64,000 bases of DNA from contig CAVQQV010000049.1 of the NCBI GenBank assembly GCA_963714885.1, forward strand, positions 1,177 to 65,176. Direction: 5' to 3'. The DNA comes from Candidatus Sulfomarinibacteraceae bacterium (lineage in GTDB: Bacteria > Acidobacteriota > Thermoanaerobaculia > Thermoanaerobaculales > Sulfomarinibacteraceae). Below the pieces are notes generated by a model. The model searched no databases and was not told the DNA's origin. It was given only the letters and a program-made list of their open reading frames with translations. Below are positions 22,386 through 34,887 of the stretch, in pieces (positions within the stretch are counted from its first letter, which is position 1; the number at the start of each line of letters is the position of its first letter). Both the position numbers and the translations under genes were made by a program.

Positions 22386-23096
22386 TCAGCCGACCAGCTC
22401 GAGAACCTCCGCCAGGCTCGCCACTCGCCGGTAGGGCTGACCGGCAAAGAGATTGCGGCGGTCGATCAGCGCGGCGCCGAGGCCGGCGCTCTCGGCCCCC
22501 GTGTAGTCCTCGAGGGGAGAGTCACCCACGTGCAGGGTTTCGTGGGGGGCGACCCCGAGCTCGTCCAGGGTCCTTGAGAAGATCCCCGGCGCCGGTTTCT
22601 CGATCCCGGCGATGGCGGACACCGTGACGACCTTGAAATATTTCATCAGATCGAGGCCCCCCAGGATCTCCGGCAGACGACGATCCCAGTTGGAGATGAC
22701 TGCGAGCTCGAGGCCGCGGTCGGTAAGCCCGTCCAGGGTCTGGATGGCATGGGGGTAGGTGCGCCAGACGCTGTCCTCGGCGAAGGCCCGGTACAGATCG
22801 TCGAGGAGGGTCTCCCAGGGAGCTTCATGATCGAGGCGGTCCAGGACCTCGCGCACAAACTCTCCCCACCACGCGCGCTCGCCACCCGCTACCGAGTTGT
22901 AGCGGTCGCGCCCGGGGGCGGTCCGGCCCTGCATCTCGGCCCAGGCGGAGGCGAAGACCGGGCCAACCTCGTCGGGACGCACCGCGCGGCCCAGGCGGCT
23001 GAGGTGGGTGGCATAGATCTCGGCGGGGGTCGGGTCGCTGTAGAGCAGCGTGCCCCCGATGTCGAACGTGACTGCTGCGTAGCCGCTGGAATTCAT
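22386..23096 (-). CDS. HAD-IA family hydrolase (REG-2-like)
   Basis: FDIGGTL, VISNWD, EKP, HVGDS..EDY motifs. Confidence 0.92.
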   Translation of the reverse strand: MNSSGYAAVTFDIGGTLLYSDPTPAEIYATHLSRLGRAVRPDEVGPVFASAWAEMQGRTAPGRDRYNSVAGGERAWWGEFVREVLDRLDHEAPWETLLDDLYRAFAEDSVWRTYPHAIQTLDGLTDRGLELAVISNWDRRLPEILGGLDLMKYFKVVTVSAIAGIEKPAPGIFSRTLDELGVAPHETLHVGDSPLEDYTGAESAGLGAALIDRRNLFAGQPYRRVASLAEVLELVG

Positions 23097-23199
23097 CGCG
23101 CGAGCATAACGGGATTGCGACTGGATCTGCCATACTCCCTCGGTGCGACCGGAGTTTTTTGTCGGTGTCTTTTCATCCCGGCCGGGCATACCACCAGTG

Positions 23200-26100
23200 A
23201 TGGTGATCCGCCGGGGCCTGTTGACGTGCGCTGCGGTCATCCTCGCCCTGTGGGCGGGGCTGGCGAGTGCGGGGTCCATCGAAGACCGGGTGAACCGACA
23301 CATCGACCAGGCGATCGAGGGCGGGGTGGCGCCCGCGGATTTCCACCACCTCTTCATGGCGTTCAGTTGGCGCGCCACCCTGAGCGACTGGACCGAGGTC
23401 GAGAGGAACCTGGATCGGCTGGCCGGGGTTCGCCACGTCGATCCTTTGATGGTTGACGAGCTGCGGTTGATCCGCGCCCGCACCCTGGTCGAACGCGGCC
23501 GCTGGGCGGCGGCGACCGAGCTCTTCCGCACCATGGGCGGTCTCGAGGCGTGGTGGATCGCGGGGCCGCGGCCCCTCGAGGAACTGGCTGACTTCGATGC
23601 CGCTGCGATCCCTCCCTCGGCTGAGTTTTCGTGGCGGGCGGTGCCCGGTACAGATCCCCTCGGCTGGGTGCAGCTCTCCGGTCTGGCGTGGCCGCCGCAG
23701 CGTCAGATGGCCTATCTCGCAACCACGGTCATGAGCGATCGCGAACAACAGGTGGCCCTCAGGGTGGGGACTGCCCAGGTCGCGCGGGCGTGGCTCAACG
23801 GCGACGAAGTCCTGACCACCCAACAACCGCTGCGCCTCGGCGAGGACCAGGCGTCGGGCGGGGGCTGGCTGCGCAAGGGCCGCAACACGGTGGTGGTGGC
23901 GGTTGCCTCCGAGGACCGCCAGTGGTGGCTCCGCGCGCGCCTCACCCGGCCCGACGGGGAGCCGATCGCAGGGGTCCGGGAAGTCCGGGAATCACCGGTG
24001 GTGCTGGATGGGGTCGGCCGCAAGACACCCTCCGTTCGCGATCTCGAGACCGAGATCCGGACCGCGGTGGCAGGGGGTGTGCCGGGCGCCAGAGTCGCCA
24101 TGGCGGCGTACCTGGTGGCCCGCCAGCCGCAACCTATCGGCGGCGGCGGCATCCAGGCGGCGTGCACGGCGGCGCGTGCCGAAGCCCCCGGTGAAGCGCG
24201 GCTCCTTGAGTGGATCGGCACGACCGAGCCGGGTCTGGCCCGCGAGCTGTTGGTCGACGCCATCGCTGCGGAGCCGGATCTGGTGTGGGCGCGCCTCGAG
24301 CTGGCAGGCTGGCTCGGGGAACGCGGCCTCTATGACGAGGCCCACGGGGTGCTTGCCGACTGGATTGACGACGATCCGGCGGTGGCCGGCACCAGCCTCG
24401 AATTGGACGGCTTTCTGTGGGGCCCCCTCATTCTGCCGGAGCTTGCCGAGCTGGCGCGGGCCTATCCGAAGTGTCTGAAGGTCAACCTGATCCTCGGCGA
24501 GACCGCCGAACAGGGCCGCCGGTGGGACCTTGCCGGAGAGGCGGCGCTGCGGCTGGCGGCCCTGACCCCGGATGTCCCGCAGGTGTCTGATCTCCGGCAG
24601 AGGTTGGCCGAAAACTGTGGCGACGGTGGGTTGTTGCGCGCGATCGTCAGCGATTTCGTGGAGCAGGACCCCAACCAACCGGATCAGAAGCTCCGACTCG
24701 CCCGTCTGTTTGCCGCGGATGACGATCTCGAAGCGGCGCGCTTGATTCTCGATGTGGGGCTTGAGCGCTCACCGACGAACATCGATCTGATGATGGAGCT
24801 CGCGCGTCTCGAGAACGAGGGCGGTGACCACCAACGAGCGGTCGAACTTGCCCGCTCGGTGCTCGCTCTCCGCCCCCAGGACCGGCGCGCGCAGCGGTTG
24901 CTCCAGCTTCTCGGGGAGGGGTCTGAAAGCCTCGACTGGCTGCGATCGGAGAGCGAGCTGTGGGAAATGACGGCAGGCGCCCCGGCTGGAGAACCCGCCG
25001 TCGCCCTGCTCGACCACCGCGAGATCCGCTTCCTGCCCTCCAATCTGACCGAGGAAAGGGTTCAGCAGGCGTTCTTGATCACGGCGGCGGACCGCGCCCG
25101 CGATTTTCTTGTCCACACCCTGCCGTTCGTGGCGGAGTCCGAACGACTGCGCGTCCTGCACGCCCGGATCCTCCGTCGCGACGGGTCCGAGGTGGCCGCC
25201 CGCCAGGGCGACACGCCCCGCCTTTCGGAGCCCGAGTTCAGCCTCTACTACGACACCCGGTTGCGGGTGCTCCGGTTCTCCGAAGTCGAGGACGGCGACC
25301 TCATCGAGATCGCCTACGTGCTCTCGGAGACCGAGGAGGCCAACGAGACCGGTCCCTACAACGGTGGGCTGGTGCCCCTGGGCCGGTCGATCCCGGTGGC
25401 GTTGATGGAAGTCGAGCTGGTCGGTCCGCAGGCTTCGATTCCGGCGTGGGAGCTGGTGGACCTGGAGGGCGTGCCGGTCGTCGAGGAGGGGGCCGACGGC
25501 GAAATCTCCCTGCGCTGGCAGTGGCGCGACCTTCCGGCCGTCCCCAAAGACGTTCCCGCCGCCCCGCCCCTCCTGGTGAGCCCGTATCTGGTGTACTCGA
25601 ACCACCCCGAGTGGGGCGATCTCGCGGACTGGTACGGCCGTCACGTGGCGCCGCGGGTGCGGGTGTCGGAACAGGTGGAGGAGACCGCACACCGTCTCGT
25701 CGACGGCCACGCAGGACCGCCTCGACCGGATCAACCGCATCTACCGCTTTGTGACCAACGAGATCCGCTATGTCGGTCTCGAGTTCGGCGAGCACCGGTT
25801 CCGGCCCTTTTCGGCCGATTGGGTCCTCCACCACCGGATCGGCGACTGCAAGGACAAGGCGGCCCTGCTGGTGGCGCTTCTCGACGTGGTCGGCGTGCCG
25901 GCGAACATGGTCATGATCCGGACCGCGGATCTGGGGCCGGTCGGCAATGAGCTGGCGGTGCTCGAGATCTTCAACCACGCGATCGCCTACCTGCCCGAGG
26001 ACGATCTGTGGCTCGACGGCACGGCGGCAGGGCACGCCATGTTCCCGCCGCCGAGTATGGATCAGGACGCGGTGGCCCTGGTGGTCGACGGTCCGTCGAG

Positions 26101-26741
26101 CGTGCTCCGGACAACGCCCGTGGTCGGCGCGGGTCTGTCTTCGCGTCGTTACCGGGTCACTGCGGCGGGCGACGACAGGGTCGACATCGAGGTGCGGAGT
26201 GAGGATTCCGGCGATGCTGCGGACATGCGTCGCGCGCAGTTTGCCGGCAGCCGCGAACCGCAGAGATTCGCGCGCTGGCTGCGCGGCCAGTTCCCCGGGG
26301 TCCAGGTGGTGGGCGAGCCCATTGCCCAGGTCTTTCCCAGTCGCGACCCGACCCTCATCGAGGTCAAGGGCTCGATCGCCCGCAGCGGGCTGCAGAGCAG
26401 CGGGGGCGTGCGCGTCTACCCCGGCGAGCTCGAGTGGAAGGCAAGCTCGGTGCCCGGCGGAACCCGGCACGGGCCCCTGATGGTGGTGGTCAAACCGGAC
26501 CTCGAGTGGACGCTGGAGGTGGAGCTCGGCCGGCCGCCGGGAACCCTCCCGGAGTCGTCCGCCCTCGAGACCCCCTTCGGCGTGCTCCGCCTCGAGGTGG
26601 AGGCGGGCGACTTCGGGTTATCGGATCGAGGGTTTCCTGCACCTGGCGCCGGGACTGGTGGCGGCCGAGGATGTGGGCGGGCTGCGTGATTTTCTGGTCA
26701 CGATCGAGCGCCGTCTGAGTCGAAATCTGGAGTCGCCATGA
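23200..26741 (+). CDS. Secreted TPR + DUF3857 + transglutaminase-like protein (frameshifts near 25710 and 26612)
   Basis: Signal peptide, TPR-like repeats, DUF3857-like FSEVEDGDLIEIAY, then IRYVGLEFG, GDCKDKA, FNHAI, WLDGT. Joined from ORFs 23143-25950, 25751-26689 and a tail ending ..RNLESP* at 26741. Confidence 0.8.
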
Positions 26742-29700
26742 AGATGCATCGGCGACTGACGGCGGTGTTGGCGGCGGCCCTCTTCGCGGCCCTTCCGGCC
26801 GCGGCGGGTTGGTTCGAAGTCTGGCAGGCCGACGAGAACATGGATCTCCCGGCTGCCCGCGAGCTCGCCCTTGCCACCATGGCGGACGATCCTGCCGGCG
26901 CCGACGCCGTGGCTGCGGCCATGTGGTGGCTGGCCAACCTCGAGAACCTGTCGGATCCCGAGGAGCCCTTGACCCTGAACCGGACCGGCCGCGATGCCGA
27001 GCTCGGTTTCGTGCTCGCGCGAATCGAGGCCGGCTTGGGTTTCGAGCCCCCGGATGGCGCCCTGGTTCCGGCCGAACTGTCGGGTCCGTACGGGGTCTTC
27101 AGCAGCCTCGATCTCGAGCGCTCGGTGGTGCCGCCTGACGATCAACTGCCGGCGGCCGGCACGGTGTGGCTCGACCCGACGCAGCCGTTCCGCCTGACGC
27201 TCAGGACCCGCGACGGATTTTTCGGCCCGCCGATGAGCATGGCGGCCGACGGCGTATTTCTGGTGGGGTGGACCATCGAGGTGGCCGAGGACACGACGGG
27301 TTGGTTGGTGGTGGAGGCTCGCGGCGGCTACAACCTCGAGGTCGACGGCAAGAATGTGGATGCGCGCCGCGAGTGCGGCGTCATCGACCCCGCCACCAAC
27401 TGGTACTCGCTCGAACTCGGCAGCGGCACCCACCGGATCCGGTTGGAAACGGCCGCCCCCGAATCACCCGAGGTGAGGGTCAGCCTGATCGACGACCGGG
27501 GCGCCCGTCTCGACGGCGTGACGGTGGTCGAGGGCCTGCCGTCGCTCCTGGGACGGTCCGTGGTCGAGCCCTCGTTGCCGCCGGCATCGCACGCACTTCA
27601 AGACCGCGTACAGGCCGCCGGGGCGTCGCCGGCGGATCTGTTGCTGGCCGCCCGCCTGGCCGGGGGGCGCTGCAAATCGGATGCTCGAGGTCCTGCTTGA
27701 CGAACGGGCCCTCGCGGCGAGCCCGGACGACCCCTGGGCCGCCTTTGCCCTGGCGCAGAGCCTGTACTTGGAAAGCGGCGCCGCCGTTGCCGGTGAACCC
27801 GCGCGCCGGATCGGCAAGCTCCTGCGCGAGGCCGCATCGATCCCCAGTTCGCGCTTTGTCGAGCGCGCCCTCGCTCTGCGCGAAGGGCGCGGTGAGGACG
27901 CCGAGAGGATCCTCGACGCCCTCGCCGACGAATACCCCACCGATGTCCGGGTGCTGCGGGTCCGGGTCCGGGAGGCGGTGCGGCGTGGGTGGGCGAGAGA
28001 GGGAGAGGAAGAGCTCGAACTCCTCGAAACCGCGTTGCCGGGATCTCACGATGTCACCGGTCTGCGGCTCGAGGTCCTGGCGGCCCTCGAACGGTGGGAT
28101 GAACGGGAAGAGCTGCTGAGGGCGCTGGCGGCGATCACCCCGGTCGACACCCGATGGATCGGGCAGCTCGCATCGGGCTGCCTGGTGGGAGAGGCCGTCG
28201 GTCTGACGGAAGGGCTCCATGCGATCGGTCGACGATCCGGACTTCGACGTGCAGCTGGTGCGGCTGATGCTCGAAAACGGCGACCTCGAGGGAGCGCTGG
28301 CGGCCCTCGGTCGTGCGCGGGAGCGGTGGGGGGACCTCGGGGTCTTCGATCAACTGGCGCTGGTGCTCGCCGCGGGCGATGAGGCGGCGATGGATCGGGC
28401 CCTGGCCGGGGCGCTCGAGAGGAATCCATCGGACCTCGAACTCCTGACCCTCGCCTGGCGGGGCGGCGCAGTGCCGTTCTACGCCTCGTTCGTGGTCGAG
28501 GCCCGCGACTTCGCGGCCGCCCACCGCGACCTCGGCAACGATGGGGATGTGGTGCTGCTCCTCGATCAGGCGGTCGAGCGGATCTTCGCCGATGGTTCGA
28601 GCCTGTACTACTACCACGGTCTGACCCGCGCCAACACACCGGTGGGGGTCCGTCGCGCCTCCATTCTGCAGCCGTTGCCCGACGCCTACTTCATCAAGAT
28701 CCGGATCCTCAAACCCGACGGCTCGGTGGTGATTCCCAGCGATGTGCGTGAAGGCGAGGGGTTCATCTCGCTCAACCAGGTGGAGCCGGGCGATCTGGTC
28801 GAGGAGGAGTACGTGGCGCAGGTGGCGGCGACCGGGGCGTCCCGCGACGGCCATCTCCCTCCCTATCTCTATCGCTTTGCCGATGAAAACCGCACCTTCG
28901 GTCTGTCGGAGTACGTGCTTCTGGTGCCGCCGGAGATCGACCTTCTGGTGGACGGAAACTTCGAAGGTCTGGAGCGCAGCGAACAGGAGTGGCAGGGGTT
29001 GCGGATGCTCAACTGGCGCGCCGAGCGCGTCCCGCCGATGGCCACAGAGCCCTTCGCCCCGCCCGCACAGGATCTCATGCCGTGGCTCAACTACGGTTTC
29101 GGCGTGACCTGGCAGGATGTCGGCGACATCGTGCGCGACCGGGTCCTGCCGGTTCTGCGGACCTCCGCCGAACTGCGTGCGTGGAGTCTCACTGCGCTCA
29201 CCGGGGAGGACGCGGAGGAGCAGGTGCGGTCGCTGGTCGACGCCCTCATCGACACCGTCGAATCAGGTGACGGCGACTTCGCCATCGGCACTGCTGCGGG
29301 TGAGAGTTTTGCAAACCGCCGCGGCAACCGGCTCGGCATTCTCGCAGCGGTGCTGGCGGAGGCGGGGTGGCAGGTGGACCTGGTGCTGACGCGGGCGTGG
29401 AACGAACGCGGCAACCGGTTGACGGTCCCCACCCTCGACGCGTTCCCGGTGGCCGTGTTGCGGGTCAGCCGCGGCGACGACGAGATCTGGATCGACATGC
29501 GCGAGGAGCGCCGCGGCGTCAACCACATCAACCCCCTCTTCCAGGGCGCCGACGGGCTCGTCCTGCCGCTGAGCGAACCGCAGATACCGGTGACGCTGAT
29601 CGACCGTCTCCCGACCTTCGCCAACCCCGATCTGGTCGAGGAGGTGACGGTCAAGGCGGTGGTGTCGCCATCGGGCGATGCCCGCATCACCTTCCGGTTG

Positions 29701-30261
29701 CCGCTGCGCGGGGGCCAGGCGGAGCAGCTCCTCGAGCGGGTGGACAGCGTGCCGTCGGACCAGATCGCCATGATCTACCGTCAGATGGCGGTGTCCCTCT
29801 TCCCCGGCGCCGACGAGATCTCGGGTGAGATCGAGCGCGGCGACGGCGGTGCGGTGATCCTCCTCGAGCTGACCGCGCCGCGCGCCTGCGAAGGGGAGGC
29901 CGGTCAGTTGGTGTGCCGCAGCCTGGTGCTCGCGAACCCGGTGGTGCCGGTGTTGGCGTCGCTGCCCGAACGCCGGTACCCGCTGGTTCTCAGGCTCCCG
30001 ATCGAGCGCCGGCTGGAGCTCGATCTGGTGGCACCCGACGGGTGGTCGGTGGTTGCGCGGCCTCCGCGTCGGCTCAGCGCGGACTGGGGGTCGGTCGAGG
30101 AGACGCTCTCGACGGCTGACGGGGCGCAAACGTCCATGCTCCACATCCTGATTCCGCCGCAGAGAGTCGAGCCCGCGGACTACGCGGCCTTCGCCCGCTT
30201 CTGCCAGGCGCTTGACGAGCTCACCACCCGTCCGCCGCGGCTCGAGCCCCTACCCCAATAG
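26738..30261 (+). CDS. Secreted DUF3857/transglutaminase-fold paralog lacking catalytic residues (frameshifts near 27670 and 28228)
   Basis: Signal peptide; joined from ORFs 26738-27700, 27681-28382 and 28219-30261; VEPGDLVEEEY; C-terminal VEPADYAAFARFC; ATGA overlap with the upstream gene. Confidence 0.72.
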
Positions 30262-30320
30262 GGCGGTTTGACCGGGACCCCCATGAATCACAGGGGTTCG
30301 TGGTTATACTCGGCGCTGGC

Positions 30321-31217
30321 ATGGAGATCGTCGAAGGGACCGTCATCGCGATGCATGGCCCGCTGGTGCGGGTGCAGGTGGGTGTCAACACCCTCGTGGT
30401 GGCCTCGCGCCGGCGTCTGAACTGGGAGGGTGGGACGCCCGCGGCGGCCCGTCTGGTGGTCGGCGACCGGGTGTCGGTCGAGATGCGGGGCGAGGACGGC
30501 GTCATCATCGCGGTGCACGTTCGCCGCAACAGCCTCCTGCGGAAGGCGCCGTCGAAGAACCGCGCACAGATCCTGGCCGCCAATGTCGACCAGGCGCTTG
30601 TGGTGTTCGCGGCGCGCGAACCGGTTCCGAAACAGGGGCTTGTCGATCGTTTTCTGGTGGCCTGCGAGCTCGCTGGCATCCACGCTGTCATCACGATCAA
30701 CAAGCTCGACCAGGGCCTTGCCGAGGTCGAGCAGTGGTTGCCGGTGTATGAGGCACTGGGTTTCGATGTCATCCGGGTGTCGGCACGCAGCGGGTGGGGA
30801 TTGGGCACCATCAAGCGGCTGCTGGTCGACCGCACCACGCTCTTCTGCGGACCATCTGGCGCCGGCAAGTCGTCACTCTTGAACGCGGTCTATCCGGGCT
30901 TTCGACTCAAGGTCGGCGAGCTTTCGGAGAGCACCGGCAAGGGCCGCCACACGACCTCTCTCGCGGAGCTCATGCCTCTGCCCTACGGCGGGTTTGTGGT
31001 CGACACGCCCGGGCTCAGGGAGTTCGGTGTCTGGGAGGCAACCGGCGACGAACTCGCTCAGGCCTTTCCCGATATCGCCTCCCACGCCGCCGCCTGCCGC
31101 TTTCCGGACTGCAGCCACCAGATCGAACCGGACTGTGCGGTCACGGACGCGGTCGAGAACGGAGAGATCGACGCGGTCCGTTACGCCAGCTACCGGAAGA
31201 TCCTCGAGGAAGCCTAG
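30321..31217 (+). CDS. rsgA: Ribosome small subunit-dependent GTPase A
   Basis: ANVDQ, NKLD, GPSGAGKSS, GRHTT, DTPG, CRFPDCSH..EPDC. Confidence 0.96.
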   Translation: MEIVEGTVIAMHGPLVRVQVGVNTLVVASRRRLNWEGGTPAAARLVVGDRVSVEMRGEDGVIIAVHVRRNSLLRKAPSKNRAQILAANVDQALVVFAAREPVPKQGLVDRFLVACELAGIHAVITINKLDQGLAEVEQWLPVYEALGFDVIRVSARSGWGLGTIKRLLVDRTTLFCGPSGAGKSSLLNAVYPGFRLKVGELSESTGKGRHTTSLAELMPLPYGGFVVDTPGLREFGVWEATGDELAQAFPDIASHAAACRFPDCSHQIEPDCAVTDAVENGEIDAVRYASYRKILEEA

Positions 31218-31313
31218 TGGAAGGGATTAGAATTCGGAATTCGCGCAATGCTGACCTGGGTCCTCCGGAGACGTGTGAAACGTCGTCGCAACGTCGGAAT
31301 ATCTCGAATCGGT

Positions 31314-33648
31314 CTATCCGAGCGCGCGGTGGGGGGCGGCGAGGAAACAGGCGAGATAGCCGGGACGGCTGCGCAGGGTCGAGAGCGGAATCAGGATGCC
31401 CTGCGACTCCCGTCTCAAGCCCTCGTACATCTGCGAGAGATCAAAACGGTTCCGGAACAACCACATCTCCATCGGTTCAACGGGGTCGAGCTCTGGGGTC
31501 TGAATCGGCACCTGCAGGCAGTGGAGCAGGACGTCATCGGTGTCCCGGTACTCGCCGAAGAGCCACTTCCGGGTGCCGTCCTCGAGCACATAGGTGATGA
31601 CGAGCAGACTGTCTTCGATCTCCTGGGTTCTGCCTGGGGTCGAGACCGGCGTCGTGGTCTCCGTCGATGACAACGAGACGGCGGAGGCAGTCGATCAACG
31701 GGCGTTCGAAGGGGATGGATCGGGCATCGGGTGGCAGCTCTGTCCACACCGCCGCCTCGGCCAGTTCCTGGGAAGGCAGACCCTTGAGCCGCGCGACGCC
31801 CAGATACCGGAGGCCGACATAGAGGGTGTCGGGCATCCCGGGGTCGATCGGAAACAGCAGACACTGGAGGTCGTCGATCTCGGCCACCGCCAGGCTTTCG
31901 AGGTCGAGTTCGAGATCCAGTTCCTCGAGAAAGGGCAGGGCGACGACGATGCCCTCGTTGACCAGTTCGCCGTGGGCGTCGAGGGTGGCGGCGTAGCGGC
32001 GGGAGGATTGCCGTTGCCGGCTGCTGCGAACCTCGGACAGCGGCGCCAGGAAGGCGTCGACCTCACCCAGATCGTAGCCGGAACGGATAAGGATCTCGGC
32101 GAGGTCCGAGATCTCGCGAGTGCTCTTGCCGGTGGTCAGACGCGCGAGCTCAACGATGCCGTGACCGAAGAACTCGAACCTCTTGGCTTCGGGGCCGGGG
32201 TGGAGCATCGGCAGCAGGCGGTAGACCCCATAGTTGAGGGCGATGCGGATGCCGTGGTTGAACGGAAAGCCAATGTTGCGCAGTTGCTCGTACACGTGCT
32301 GGATCTCGCACGCTGCCGCGATCACCCGCAGAGCGCGGCGCGAGGTGTAGAAGGCGCCGTCGCCGAGGAATTTTTCGAAGGTCAGCCGCCGCCGCAACCT
32401 GATCGCCTCGAGCCGGTTCTGGAACACGTACATGAACTGGAGCGCCCGCTCCTCTGCCATCCGGCCTTCCTTCCGCATCTCCTCGAGGACGGTGGTGAAG
32501 TTGGAGAGGTCGTAGATGAGACCGAAACGGCGGACCGCCGAATCGACGACACCGGGCGCCGTGAAGTCGTAGGGGCGGGTGGTCTTGGCGATGGGAGTCG
32601 CCGAGGAGGGCCCGGCGAACACCAGGGTCGTGCCCTGGCGCTGCATGGGGAGGATCCGTCGCCTCAGCGCGGACAGGAGCTCGAAGGTCTTGAGGCGCAG
32701 ACCGAGCTCGCGCAGCAGATCGAGCTGGACCGCCGACAGGTGGAGGGTCTCCGCGAGACCGGAGCTGCGGATGGCGTCGAGCAGGCGGGGTTGCAGCAGG
32801 GCCTCTGGACGGTCGAATCTGAGGTTCGAGCCCACCGCCATACGCAGCAGGCTGGCGACCTCGGGTCGCCGGGCGACGAGGTCGTTGAGCCGTTCGAGCA
32901 CCATCCGGTTGGCAGCTTGAAGGGCTTCTGCATTCTGCCGGAAGCGCGTCTGGAGGTAGCCGCTGAGCTGCATCAGATCGCTGGGCGGGCGGTTTTCGAC
33001 CAGCAACAGCTGATCCTGGCAGATGATCCCCAACAACGGCGTCAGGGCCGGGATGACCTGCACTTGCGCGAGCTGGCGAAGCTTGTCGACGGCGGTCATT
33101 GCAGCCCGCCTCAGGAGGTCCGCGACCACCGACGCGACGTGCTCACGCTTCTCGGCGGCGGCGCCGGGTGAGCCGGTCGGAAGGCCCTCGATCTTCGAGA
33201 CCTGGGCCAGAGAACGGATGACCTCACCCGAGTGGAACAACAGAAAGAGGTCCACCAACCCGCGGTGGTAGTCGTTCATGAAGACGTTTTCAAGGGTGGT
33301 CGCGATGCTGTTGTGGTACTTCTCGCGGTGGGCGAGAACGGTCCGCTTGAGTTCGCTGTTTGCCGGCTGCTGCTGGAACCGCATCTGAATCTCGGAGCGG
33401 ATGAGATTGTCGAGGTCGCGGCGCAGCTTGCGGACGCCGTCGGACAGAAGGATCGGGTAGCCCCAGGTGACCACATGCTCCTCGTCGCGGCCGAAAATCG
33501 GGAACGGCGCGGGCAGGGAGGTGGCGAGAGCGGGGAAGATCTCGCACCACCCGCCGCTCACCTCTTCCGGCGTCAGATACAGCGGGTGCTGGAGGTCCTC
33601 CTTGAGCACATGTCGAAAGGCATCGAGGCTCTTCTCGTCGCGCATCAT
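31314..33648 (-). CDS. Divergent class III nucleotide cyclase-like protein (frameshift near 31675)
   Basis: GLIYDLSNFT, EKFLGDGAF, GIRIALNYG, FFGHGIVELARL in canonical cyclase order; C-terminus continues in ORF 31314-31673. Confidence 0.72.
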
Positions 33649-33764
33649 CACTCCATTGTATCCGCGAGCCGATCCGACCACAGCCGGCACACCCTCCGGA
33701 CGGGCGCCGACCGCTGGGTTGCGACCATTGAACGGTAGTCGAGATGGTGGGATAATCGAGGCTC

Positions 33765-34802
33765 ATGCTGTTTGACGATATGGTGAAGGCGATCAGGGAG
33801 AGTCCGTTTTTTCACGGGATGCCCTCCCATGAACAGGTGACGCTGGCGCGTCTCGGCGCGGTGGATGTGCACGCTCCGGGAACGGTGCTGTTCCGCCCGG
33901 GTGAAGTGCCGGCGGCGCTTTACCTGGTTCTCGACGGCGTGGTGGAGATCTCGCGCGAGGAGAGCATCGAACTCGGAATGCGCCCAGTGGCCTACATGGG
34001 CGCCGGATCCACGATTTTGGAGAGCAAGGTCATTACCGGTTCGGTCTTGACATCGCTGGCACAGTTTCCCGAGGGTGGCGTCACCCTCACCTGGCCGCGC
34101 CCTGTCCTCCTGCGCCAGCTCTATTCCTCGCAGGATCTCGCCCTGCACTACCTGCAGAGCCTCGCCCGCCGTCTCGAGGGGACCATCGTCAACCTCGGCG
34201 CCAACGAAGGCAGCAATTTGGGCGGCCGCCTCGAGCATTTCGACCTGCCGGCGATCCTGCAGACGGTCGTCGACTCGGGGGGGGCCGGGGTGCTCGAGAT
34301 CCTCGACGCCGACGGGCTCAACTTCGGCGCGATCCACACCCAGAAAAACAACATCGGTCGCATGCACTGCGGCCGACTGAAGGGCCGCGAGGCGTTTCTC
34401 CAGATCATGGCGGCGCCCCCCAAACGCGGGACCTTCCGGTTCTCGAGTCTCGCCGCGCCCCAGGACGACACCGGTTTTCAACCGCTCCAACCGTTGCTGA
34501 TGGAGGCCGCGCGCATCCAGGACGAGTTCGCACATTTCGCCGTGACAGTGCCCGCGGACGCGATCCTCCAGCCGTCGTCGCGGCAGCTGGTATGGGGTGG
34601 CGGCAACGACTCCCAACTCGTCGAACAGATCTGGCATCAGCTTTCCGTCGAACCGTGCGGGTGGGGGGAGCTGGCGGAGATCCTGCCCTTCAGCCATGGC
34701 CAGGTCGGTCTCGCGGTTCGGGACATGCTGCTGGCCGGGGTCGTCAACGTCGACCGCAGCTACGAGGCGCCGCCGGGCGGGGTCCGCCTTCGCGGCATTT
34801 GA
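33765..34802 (+). CDS. Cyclic nucleotide-binding domain + DUF4388 (PatA-N-like) protein
   Basis: LFRPGE..ALYLVLDGVVEI (cNMP fold); LGGRLEHFDLPAILQ..GVLEI..GTFRF..LLMEAARIQDE (DUF4388 pattern). Confidence 0.85.
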   Translation: MLFDDMVKAIRESPFFHGMPSHEQVTLARLGAVDVHAPGTVLFRPGEVPAALYLVLDGVVEISREESIELGMRPVAYMGAGSTILESKVITGSVLTSLAQFPEGGVTLTWPRPVLLRQLYSSQDLALHYLQSLARRLEGTIVNLGANEGSNLGGRLEHFDLPAILQTVVDSGGAGVLEILDADGLNFGAIHTQKNNIGRMHCGRLKGREAFLQIMAAPPKRGTFRFSSLAAPQDDTGFQPLQPLLMEAARIQDEFAHFAVTVPADAILQPSSRQLVWGGGNDSQLVEQIWHQLSVEPCGWGELAEILPFSHGQVGLAVRDMLLAGVVNVDRSYEAPPGGVRLRGI

Positions 34803-34887
34803 ATCGAAGCAGTGATGAACCCCTGCGGATGATCGAAGTTCGAACCGTGAACAAATGAACGCAGCGGATCTTCTCTATACTTGAACG

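Noticed and set aside
31314-34802. Calling the cyclase pair a Pycsar defence system
   Set aside because: The genes are divergent rather than operonic, the partner lacks a TIR or TM effector, and the context is not a defence island. Kept only as an analogy.
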